Part shown: piece after piece, positions 8,961-17,040 of the stretch | Layout of the letters: each line of letters starts with the position of its first letter | Numbering within the stretch: the first letter of the stretch is position 1 | Virus record (IMG/VR): IMGVR_UViG_3300046787_000345 | Span: 1 to 64,000 of that record | Source: a virus | Length of the DNA stretch: 64,000 nucleotides | Reading direction: 5' to 3' (one strand) | Notes under the pieces: generated by a model | Database searches by the model: none | What the model was told of the DNA's origin: nothing | What the model saw: only the letters and a program-made list of their open reading frames with translations | Program-made: the position numbers and the translations under genes

Positions 8961-10391
8961 TTAAAACGAAACTTTTGAACCAATTTGGAAGTTATTTAAC
9001 AATGTAAATTCTGGTTCGAACATCATGTTTGCTCTATACGCAATATTAAATCCAAATCGTTTACTAATTTTATAATCAAAAGATGCACCTAACATACTAC
9101 CAGGAATTCGTGTCACCAACGTTGCACCTGTTACTGAATTATAGTTAATTGGTGAATTCATTAAGAATACTTGTGGTGAAATTGCTAGTTTTTTAGATAC
9201 ATTATATGGTTTCATCCAAAACAATACCAATGAGGTTGAAAACGATGATTGTAAGGTTTGCTTAGCATCTGGCATTAATAGTGTAATAAGCCCCACGTTT
9301 GCCCCATACGTTCCCAATTTAGGATGTGGTTTAATAAATGTATACCCAACCATACCCATATAAGTTCCTTTCAAATATGCAGTGGTTAATGAGTAACTAT
9401 GTAGAGAGTGTAATTTACCATTTTCTAACTTCATTTGAGTCATACCACCTGATATTGCAAATTGGTCCATTGTACTCCAAATCAAAGCTGTTGCTGAATA
9501 TGATTTATCCCCCATTAAAGATGATTTAGATATACCCATTGACATCATAGCAGAATACCTACCATCCACATCTTCAGTTCCAGCTAAATCTGCTGCTACT
9601 AACATTGGATTTGTGTTTGCTGCTTTTTTCTTTTCCTTCTTTTCTTCCTTTTTCTCCTCTTCTTTCTTCTCCTCCTTTTTCTCTTCTTTCTTTTCTTCCT
9701 TTTTAGATTCAGATTTAGTTTCTTCTTTTTTTTCTTCACTCTTACTTTCAGATTTTGATTCTGATTTTGATTCTGACTTAGTTTCAGTTTTGGTTTCAGT
9801 TTTGGTTTCTGATGAAGATGAACTTGAAGATGAACTTGAAGATGAACTATTAGATGACGATGATGAACTACCCCCACTTGTTGTAGATGAACTATTAGAT
9901 GTTGGTGGTGGAGTAGATGTTGTTGCGGAAGATGATGCTGCCGATGAAGCAGATGAACTTGCTGCCGATGAAGCAGAAGATGATGCTGCCGAACTTGCTG
10001 CAGATGATGCTGCGGTTGATGCGGCTGAACTTGCTGCGGTTGATGCTGCTTGAGTTGCTGCAGAGGTGGCTGCTTGAGATGCTGCTTGTGTAACTGCCTG
10101 TTGGACAGTTTGTTGAACTACTATATTAGTAGGACATCCCATTGTTGAATATGCTAAATAAACGGAATTTAACCAAAGTTTAACTGCTCCACCTTGAACT
10201 TCTAATGGTGTAAATACTTTTACTTGGTCATAGAATGATACCACTGCATTACCATTTACCATAGTAGTTGTTGCAGTTTTTATTTGACCACTACATTTAT
10301 CTACAAAAGTTTGTGTGTAAGTTTGTCCGTTCACATTTTCAGCAAATAAACAACACAATATTACCATTCCTATTACTAAAATTTTTTTCAT
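8961..10391 (-). CDS. Secreted protein: N-domain, Ser/Ala and Glu/Lys low-complexity stalk, C-terminal outer-membrane beta-barrel
   Basis: Signal peptide ..VNGQ; SSAASS and EEKK repeats; amphipathic strands ending FQIGSKVSF (beta-signal). Confidence 0.65.
   Translation of the reverse strand: MKKILVIGMVILCCLFAENVNGQTYTQTFVDKCSGQIKTATTTMVNGNAVVSFYDQVKVFTPLEVQGGAVKLWLNSVYLAYSTMGCPTNIVVQQTVQQAVTQAASQAATSAATQAASTAASSAASTAASSAASSAASSSASSAASSSASSAASSSATTSTPPPTSNSSSTTSGGSSSSSSNSSSSSSSSSSSSSETKTETKTETKSESKSESKSESKSEEKKEETKSESKKEEKKEEKKEEKKEEEKKEEKKEKKKAANTNPMLVAADLAGTEDVDGRYSAMMSMGISKSSLMGDKSYSATALIWSTMDQFAISGGMTQMKLENGKLHSLHSYSLTTAYLKGTYMGMVGYTFIKPHPKLGTYGANVGLITLLMPDAKQTLQSSFSTSLVLFWMKPYNVSKKLAISPQVFLMNSPINYNSVTGATLVTRIPGSMLGASFDYKISKRFGFNIAYRANMMFEPEFTLLNNFQIGSKVSF
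9610..10090. repeat. Coding low-complexity tandem repeats (SSAASS / ETKT / ESKS / EEKK)
   Basis: Repeated gatgaactt, gatgctgc, tcagttttggtt and ttcttcct units inside ORF 8961-10391. Confidence 0.8.
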
Positions 10392-11203
10392 TACTTATTA
10401 TTCAATCCGATACCAATTTGTGAATAACCTCTTATTGGGTCGGTATCGAATTTCAAAGTAAACAATTTGAAATCTCTTATTATACCAACTTTAAATGTTG
10501 TAAAATTTGTATTTGATTTTGGAAAAGAAATACCGCCTAACACATCTCTACCTTGATATCTTAGAATTTCGTTACCGAATCCAATCATTCCATGTACTCC
10601 TAATTTACCAAATCGTTTACCACCCCCTAAATATAATGTGTGTTCTTTTCTAAAATCTTCTTTACTAATTGGAAAATCTGCTGTGGCTATGTTACCATTT
10701 GGAAAATACTGATTTCTATCTATATCATACGTCATCACATAATCTATAATAAAGTATCCCTTAGTTCCTCCAATAGTTCCCCAAAATGAAGCTTGTTCAT
10801 TATTAGTTCTACCAATACCTGCTGTGAATGATATGGGTTTTACTACAATTGTATCTCTTTTACCATTTTCATATACACGAACTACACTTTGATGCCTCCA
10901 TCCAAAATCGTCATACCAAATGTATGGAAATGGTTGATACCAACCCCAAGTTCCCCACATTAATCCATATGGGTTTACCATATTACCTCGCCATCTTCTA
11001 GTCAAAGGTTGATTTGGTATTGGTTGACCTGGTCTAATTGGTTCAGTTTGAGTTCTCCATCTGCTAACATCATTTCTTTGTGGAATTGATTGTTGTACTC
11101 TAGGAGTTTGTACTCTTTGTTGTGGTGAATTGTTTCTCCAACTACTAACTTGTGAAAATACTAATGTTGGTATAACCGCCAATAAAAATAATAATTTTTT
11201 CAT
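10391..11203 (-). CDS. Outer-membrane beta-barrel-like protein with R/Q/W-rich N-terminal extension
   Basis: Signal peptide ..VFSQ; alternating hydrophobic strands in C-terminal half. Confidence 0.55.
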   Translation of the reverse strand: MKKLLFLLAVIPTLVFSQVSSWRNNSPQQRVQTPRVQQSIPQRNDVSRWRTQTEPIRPGQPIPNQPLTRRWRGNMVNPYGLMWGTWGWYQPFPYIWYDDFGWRHQSVVRVYENGKRDTIVVKPISFTAGIGRTNNEQASFWGTIGGTKGYFIIDYVMTYDIDRNQYFPNGNIATADFPISKEDFRKEHTLYLGGGKRFGKLGVHGMIGFGNEILRYQGRDVLGGISFPKSNTNFTTFKVGIIRDFKLFTLKFDTDPIRGYSQIGIGLNNK

Positions 11204-11232
11204 AGGTATAATGTTTAATTACCTATAAATAT

Positions 11233-11256
11233 AAAAAAAGGGAGTATTAACTCCCT
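11233..11256 (-). terminator. Intrinsic terminator
   Basis: AGGGAG-TTAATA-CTCCCT followed by T-run on minus strand. Confidence 0.65.
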
Positions 11257-11296
11257 ATCTTTGATATAAAATTGTATTACCAATACCGATACTATG

Positions 11297-11953
11297 TTAT
11301 ACTAATTTATTTTTAACTAATTGTTGAAACAAATATTCTGAAATTTTTGTATCTGATGGGTAATGTACTCCACTTATTTCTCTGACTGTTCTTATATCTT
11401 TATATAAGTTATCCAACAAATTTGTTGCTTCTGGTTTTAGTTTTTTTAAGTGAAAAATAATATTTAAAAAATCCAAAGTATGACCAGATGGATATGCTGC
11501 TGAGTTTGCATCAGTTGCTATGATTGGATATAATTCTGTACCATATTCTTTGGCCAATTGATATGGTCTTGGTCTATTGAACACATCTTTTAAATAAAAT
11601 AATACAGGGTCTAAATTACCCACCCAATCTAATATTTGTTCCTTAGAAACATCCAACCCTAATTTTTTAGCAACCACAACAAAAAAATCGTAATGATGAT
11701 GTTCCATAAGTTCACATAACTTTAAATCATCTTCATCTGCTTGGGTTGTTATTTTAGTAAGATACTCTAATTCTTTTTTTGTTTCATCAGATGAATTTGC
11801 TGGGAATGGGTGGTTTTCTAATATATCTTTTATAATGCCTAATTGAATTGCACGTTTTAAAACACCACCTTTATCTTTTTTTATTTTTTCGATTTGGTCT
11901 TTTCTACTATTTCCATATCGAATATCATCTAATATTTCGGAAAGTCTAATCAT
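11297..11953 (-). CDS. PAP2/haloperoxidase-superfamily phosphatase
   Basis: KxxFNRPRP, YPSGH and RxxxGVHYPSD catalytic motifs. Confidence 0.85.
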   Translation of the reverse strand: MIRLSEILDDIRYGNSRKDQIEKIKKDKGGVLKRAIQLGIIKDILENHPFPANSSDETKKELEYLTKITTQADEDDLKLCELMEHHHYDFFVVVAKKLGLDVSKEQILDWVGNLDPVLFYLKDVFNRPRPYQLAKEYGTELYPIIATDANSAAYPSGHTLDFLNIIFHLKKLKPEATNLLDNLYKDIRTVREISGVHYPSDTKISEYLFQQLVKNKLV

Positions 11954-12672
11954 TATTTTTCAAATACACCTTTTTTAACCATTCTTAATAAAATTCTAGA
12001 ACATGCTATATCTAACGCTTTCTTAGTAGATGTACCAATTGTTGATTGATTAAATTTAACTTCATCTACTGTTGCATCTGAAAGGAATGATAATTCTCTC
12101 GTAGTTTTTGCTTCACCTAATCCAGATGCTGCAATAATTTCACCGGTCTCTGCGTTTGTAAATCTTACTTGTAAACCTAAACGGGTTACTACCATATTCT
12201 TAACACCATCTTTTAAATTTACCGTCTCATCTTCTGAAACAGAAAAATCGTATACTTCGATTTCAACAAAGTAATGTGCTAAACGAATTTTACCTCTACC
12301 ATCTAATTTATCTTGTGATATACCTGATTGAGAAGCCTGAAATTGCTTTACCATTCGGTTTTTAATTTCAGTTTTATCTTCCGTAAATGTAAATCTATTA
12401 AGATTCTCCAAATATTCCATCGTGATGTTAGCCACACCCAAACCCACTTTCTTTTCTTTGAGTTCTGGATATTGCTCATAAACTTCATCACCAATACCAC
12501 ATTTAAGGATTTGAATCGGAATTTGCTTTCCCTCATAATCTAAAAATTGACTAATGTCTACTTTTGTTTCGAATGATGCTTTATAATTTTCTGTCTTTGT
12601 TGTTCCCACAGTTTGGGCAATGGCAACATTGCTTAGTAAAACACCAAGCAAGAATACTAATAATTTTTTCAT
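11953..12672 (-). CDS. CsgG/HfaB-family protein
   Basis: GLGVANI..EYL..LNRF...E, GKIRLAHYFVEIEVYDF, LQVRFTNAETGEII pattern of CsgG fold; signal peptide ..AIAQ, no lipobox. Confidence 0.75.
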   Translation of the reverse strand: MKKLLVFLLGVLLSNVAIAQTVGTTKTENYKASFETKVDISQFLDYEGKQIPIQILKCGIGDEVYEQYPELKEKKVGLGVANITMEYLENLNRFTFTEDKTEIKNRMVKQFQASQSGISQDKLDGRGKIRLAHYFVEIEVYDFSVSEDETVNLKDGVKNMVVTRLGLQVRFTNAETGEIIAASGLGEAKTTRELSFLSDATVDEVKFNQSTIGTSTKKALDIACSRILLRMVKKGVFEK

Positions 12673-12706
12673 ATACGTTTTTCATATTTTGTTCGTATAT
12701 AAATAT

Positions 12707-12735
12707 AAAAAAAGGGAAACTTTCGTCTCCCTTTT
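12707..12735 (-). terminator. Intrinsic terminator
   Basis: AAAAGGGAGAC-GAAA-GTTTCCCTTTTTTT hairpin on minus strand, near copy of the one at 1549. Confidence 0.75.
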
Positions 12736-12739
12736 CAAA

Positions 12740-12994
12740 TTATCCTAATTCTTCATCTTTTGGTTCTTCTTTTTTGTTGAATATCTTTCCAACTTCAGCT
12801 ATACCAAAAGCTCCTAATGTTATATACATAAATGAATTATAAATAAATTCATTCACTAACAACTCATTTCCCATATATCCTGTTACCAAATCGGTAACTG
12901 CGAATGCTGTCATTACTATAAATGATGCAAACCCTACGATTGTTTTCTCATTCAAATCATTTGAATCTTTGAAAATATCAGTAAATTTAGCCAT
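12740..12994 (-). CDS. Two-TM small membrane protein (holin-like)
   Basis: Two hydrophobic helices, charged C-terminus. Confidence 0.5.
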   Translation of the reverse strand: MAKFTDIFKDSNDLNEKTIVGFASFIVMTAFAVTDLVTGYMGNELLVNEFIYNSFMYITLGAFGIAEVGKIFNKKEEPKDEELG

Positions 12995-13040
12995 AGTCTT
13001 TTTTCCTTTTTTTAATTATTAAACTATGTAACCTTTATTA

Positions 13041-13649
13041 TTATCCTACTTGTTCAGCATCTTCATCTTTAATTTTTCCACATTTCAAACACTCTTCTTC
13101 ACCATCTCCATCTAAATCTCCCCAAACGTGTTCACATTGTCTATGTGCGAAGTATTCATCGATTTTACCATCACCATCGAAATCTAAACCATCCATTACA
13201 CCATCTCCATCTTCATCGATTTCAGTTCCCTTTTTTTCTTCTTTTGGTGCATCAACGACTTGGTCGGTAACTTGGTCAGTAACTTGGTCGGTTGTTGGTA
13301 ACACTAATGGTGTTACACTCATTGGAACTATTGGAGTATTTGGTATATCGGCTGTATTTGATAATGATGTACCATCTTCCTCATCCATCTTTTGTACTAA
13401 CATCTTATCCTTATCGGTATCACTAAACCAATAATCGATAATCTTACCATAAGAACCAATAAAAGCTCCTAATAACAACAATAGAAGTTCTTTCCATTCT
13501 CCTGCTATTTCGTTTTTATTAATAATAGCAGCAAACATACCACCAATTATTAACATAAATCCACCCAATACCAACGCAGTGATATACCATCTACGTTTCA
13601 TCATATTACTCAATAGGTCTTTGAAACCACTCGGTGCTTGTTCTGCCAT
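13041..13649 (-). CDS. Two-TM membrane protein with DxDxDG Ca-binding loops and Cys/His cluster
   Basis: DEDGDG, DFDGDG, DLDGDG loops; CEH..CLKC; holin-like YWFS after TM2. Confidence 0.6.
   Translation of the reverse strand: MAEQAPSGFKDLLSNMMKRRWYITALVLGGFMLIIGGMFAAIINKNEIAGEWKELLLLLLGAFIGSYGKIIDYWFSDTDKDKMLVQKMDEEDGTSLSNTADIPNTPIVPMSVTPLVLPTTDQVTDQVTDQVVDAPKEEKKGTEIDEDGDGVMDGLDFDGDGKIDEYFAHRQCEHVWGDLDGDGEEECLKCGKIKDEDAEQVG
13258..13293. repeat. 3 x 12-bp tandem repeat encoding TDQV
   Basis: acttggtcggta acttggtcagta acttggtcggtt. Confidence 0.85.
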
Positions 13650-13672
13650 ATTATTCTCCTTTATTTTTTATA

Positions 13673-13996
13673 CTACCACTTCGGTGCTTCTTCTTTAAAC
13701 TCATCACCTTCTTTTTTCTTAGGTTTTGGTTGAGGTTGTGCCGGTTGAGCATTTCCACCTACTGCCTTTTCTTTGATGATTATAGTCTTACCACCTGCTG
13801 ATTGTTGTTGAGCCTGTTGGTTACTATTAGTGATGTTAATTACCGGTGCTGCTTGTTGTACCGGTGTTTCTTCTTTATCACCACCTGTTAATTGTGTAGT
13901 AACCCAAGTACCAACACCTAATGTGATAGTGCTCACTAATCCGATAATCATATTTTTGATTGAGCTACCTGTACTTTGTTCTTGTTCTTCTGCCAT
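13673..13996 (-). CDS. Single-TM protein with Q/P-rich tail
   Basis: One TM then APVINITNSNQQ low-complexity region. Confidence 0.6.
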   Translation of the reverse strand: MAEEQEQSTGSSIKNMIIGLVSTITLGVGTWVTTQLTGGDKEETPVQQAAPVINITNSNQQAQQQSAGGKTIIIKEKAVGGNAQPAQPQPKPKKKEGDEFKEEAPKW

Positions 13997-14014
13997 TTGT
14001 TTTTCTCCGTTTTG

Positions 14015-14386
14015 TTATTGTATTTTGTTAAAATCTGTTATTCCTAATTGTCTACCATTTGCATCATACAATCCTATTCTATATGCAGATGATGGTAATG
14101 CCGATGTATATACTTTAAGTACATTATCACCTGCAACTACATTCATAGTTTCTTTCGATACTACTTTATTTGCAATATCAAATATTCTTATTGTTACCGA
14201 ACCTGCTGTTTCAGTTTTAACATTCATAGCAACTTCCGATGTTACAAATTGTGTTTGTAATTTAATACCAGTTGAACTTGTTATTTTAAGTTCTTCGGAT
14301 ACTGATTGTGGTGTTGGTAATATATCTTCTTTTGAACATCCTACTAGTAAAATAGTAAAGAATATCAATACAAATATTTTTTTCAT
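14015..14386 (-). CDS. Lipoprotein resembling a stand-alone T9SS C-terminal sorting (CTD) Ig domain
   Basis: Lipobox LVGC; VTIRIFDIANKVV...GDNVLKV.TSALPSSAYRIGL pattern like type A CTD. Confidence 0.6.
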   Translation of the reverse strand: MKKIFVLIFFTILLVGCSKEDILPTPQSVSEELKITSSTGIKLQTQFVTSEVAMNVKTETAGSVTIRIFDIANKVVSKETMNVVAGDNVLKVYTSALPSSAYRIGLYDANGRQLGITDFNKIQ

Positions 14387-14395
14387 TTTGTTCTC

Positions 14396-14737
14396 CTAAT
14401 TGATTATTATCGTTGTTTTAGCTATTTCTTTTTTAGTAACATCTTCTAATAACAAATATAAGTATTTAACCGATATCGATTTAGTGTAAATTTTCTTTAC
14501 ATTTTCACCATTTTGACCAATAAATCGTTCTCTACTGATTACTTGTCCACTTTCTTTATCAATTAAAGTTAAAGTGTATGTTCCTGCCGATGGTAAATCA
14601 AAGTATATAGATTGCCCGTTTGCTACCGAACTTTCTTTTACCTCAAATATTTTTTCAACGGGCATAGTTGGAGTTGGTAATTCAGGTTTAGTACATCCCA
14701 CCAATAAAATTAATGATATCAATATTATTTTTTTCAT
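14396..14737 (-). CDS. Paralogous lipoprotein with CTD-like Ig domain
   Basis: Lipobox LVGC; YTLTLIDKESGQVISRE...GENVKKIYT; aligns by eye with 14015-14386. Confidence 0.6.
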   Translation of the reverse strand: MKKIILISLILLVGCTKPELPTPTMPVEKIFEVKESSVANGQSIYFDLPSAGTYTLTLIDKESGQVISRERFIGQNGENVKKIYTKSISVKYLYLLLEDVTKKEIAKTTIIIN

Positions 14738-17040
14738 TAGTTTACCTTTACTTTTAATTGTGTTCCACTTTTATTAACAGCATCTGTATTTGAAATTGAT
14801 GTTAATCCCAATGTACCATTTAACCCTATCAATGGTAAGAATGTTATTTTATATTCAGTTGTTTTATCTAACGTAGTTGAACCATCGGTTATCAATGAAC
14901 CCAATGTTATAGATGAACCTCTATCAGTTCCAAAATTGGTAGGTGTTCCCTTTGTAGTGAATTCTACCTTTTCAAAACTTAATGCGGTATTATCATAGTT
15001 TAAATTAAATTGAGTACCAACTAACTCTTGTTGTAATGGGTCTACTGAAATTGTTACTATCAATTTACCACCAACATTTTCACTCATTAGGTATGCGTTG
15101 ATTTGATTGGAAACTGATTGAGTTGATAAACTCATAGTTCTATATGAATTAGTAGCAACACTACTTTGGGTTTGTTGTGCCGAATGTGATAGATTTACAT
15201 CTCCCACCCAAGTTACATTAACATTGTAAGTGTTATTCAACGTACCACTATTCAAATTAAAAGGAAACAAACTTCTTGTTGAGTTAAATTGGGTGTTCCA
15301 ATTAGATTTTGTTATCGCATCGTATTCGGATTTACTATAAAGTTTCATCAAATATGGTAATGCAGAATATTGTGTAAGTGGTGCAACACCTGTCAAATGT
15401 TGTAATAGTTTGTATGTATCCGTTTCATTAAATACACCATTACCATCTACATCCGCGTTCATATACTGAATACCATTTGTAAATTCTAATCCACTTTGGT
15501 TTCCAAATATACCACCATTTGATAATTCTTTAAATGCTAAATACACATCTGTTACACTCACAATACTATTGTATAAAGTGTTTAGTTCCGTTTGGTTAGT
15601 ATATGCTAATTCTATTCCATGTTGTTTAAATAATGTATTTGGTGTAAATGTATATTCGGCTCTAAATGCATACCATCCATCTTGCAATCGTATATTACTT
15701 TGAAATGAACTTGATGCCACCTTACTAGCTAAATTAATATTTCCAGGTACTAACCATTGTTTCCACCATCCATTAAAATCCAAAGGTTGAATAGGTCCAT
15801 CGTATATATCAAATAACTGTACTGATTTTATCTGATTTAAGTTTACACCCGTTCCAAAAAATTCTCTTTCATCAATTTGTAATCGATGTCCGTTTCTTGA
15901 AGTTTCATATGGATTTATAAGTGACCACTCTACTTCTCCTGGTGTTATAATAGCTCTAATTCCATCTGTTGTTTTTGTAGTATCTAAATCGTTTGTTATA
16001 TCGACTTTACCCAAGCCACTTATTGCTCTCGATGTATTATTAGTTACCCCCCATACATTGTTTACGAAAGTATTTGCTTTTGCTGAAAATTTTGTTTCAT
16101 CTATACTACTGCCAAAATCAAAATTAAATCTTGCAGTTAAAACATCTCCGTTTGTATGTGTTACTGAATTTGTATAAAACTCCGTAAATGTTGCATCATC
16201 GGGATTAGTCCAAGTTCCATATTCAATTACATAAGGATTAAAAAAGTTATTAGGTAAATCATTCCATTGAGAACCATTCCACTTTGTTACAGCATAATCT
16301 TCATTACCACTATTGTTTGGTTCACCGGGTGCCCAGTTATTATATTGCCCAACTATGTTTCCGGCAGTTTGTCCGTTTGATGTTTTTATTAGAGTTCCTG
16401 CTTCAGGTCCTGCATCGATTCTCCATTGACCTTCAACGGCTTCATCGGTTAATGCAAACCATATATTACTTTGTGGTACGTTATTAAAAATAAAAGCATC
16501 TTCATCTGCCGAAGTTATTGTTACTAAATATCCTTGCTGACCTTTGAATGTAGTGTTTAATGCAGCTGTTCTTGCACCTGTATATGAGTTTCCCGTTGAT
16601 ACCGGTCTATAAAAGTGTCCGTTTGTTCCGTTGTAAAAGAAACCCGTTGGGTTTACAGTTGCTGCTACTGATAATACGATATTACCTCTTACTGAACCTG
16701 TGTTTACTTTTAACGATTGTAAGGCAGTATTGATATTAGACATCGTTCCGGTTACCACTAAACGAGTTTTATTACCCGCTAATGTGAATCCACTTGCTGC
16801 GGTTAAACCTGTTGTTGTAGTTAGGTTAAATGTTGTACCAGATGGTGGATTTACTAGACTGATTGATGCTAATAAGGTCGCAGTAGAACCGAAACCATTT
16901 AAACTAAATCCACTAGCATCTTGTCCAGTTGTGGATGGTATAAACGATTTAGAGTCCGGAGCAGATACACTCTGTCCGAACCCTAATAATGATGTTAAAA
17001 TAAATAAAAATGTAACTATTAAATTTTTCATATTATTCAA
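14737..17040 (-). CDS. Secreted adhesin-like protein: C-type lectin + dockerin-like + cohesin-like domains
   Basis: NGHFY, GYLVTITS, W.PGEPNN, WNDL (CTL); ADVDGNGVFNETD, GDVNLS (dockerin-like); LVGTQFNLNYDNTALSF (cohesin-like). Confidence 0.7.
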   Translation of the reverse strand: MNNMKNLIVTFLFILTSLLGFGQSVSAPDSKSFIPSTTGQDASGFSLNGFGSTATLLASISLVNPPSGTTFNLTTTTGLTAASGFTLAGNKTRLVVTGTMSNINTALQSLKVNTGSVRGNIVLSVAATVNPTGFFYNGTNGHFYRPVSTGNSYTGARTAALNTTFKGQQGYLVTITSADEDAFIFNNVPQSNIWFALTDEAVEGQWRIDAGPEAGTLIKTSNGQTAGNIVGQYNNWAPGEPNNSGNEDYAVTKWNGSQWNDLPNNFFNPYVIEYGTWTNPDDATFTEFYTNSVTHTNGDVLTARFNFDFGSSIDETKFSAKANTFVNNVWGVTNNTSRAISGLGKVDITNDLDTTKTTDGIRAIITPGEVEWSLINPYETSRNGHRLQIDEREFFGTGVNLNQIKSVQLFDIYDGPIQPLDFNGWWKQWLVPGNINLASKVASSSFQSNIRLQDGWYAFRAEYTFTPNTLFKQHGIELAYTNQTELNTLYNSIVSVTDVYLAFKELSNGGIFGNQSGLEFTNGIQYMNADVDGNGVFNETDTYKLLQHLTGVAPLTQYSALPYLMKLYSKSEYDAITKSNWNTQFNSTRSLFPFNLNSGTLNNTYNVNVTWVGDVNLSHSAQQTQSSVATNSYRTMSLSTQSVSNQINAYLMSENVGGKLIVTISVDPLQQELVGTQFNLNYDNTALSFEKVEFTTKGTPTNFGTDRGSSITLGSLITDGSTTLDKTTEYKITFLPLIGLNGTLGLTSISNTDAVNKSGTQLKVKVN

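Noticed and set aside
9599-9877. His/Lys/Arg-rich alternative-frame ORF
   Set aside because: Frame artefact of the low-complexity linker in 8961-10391
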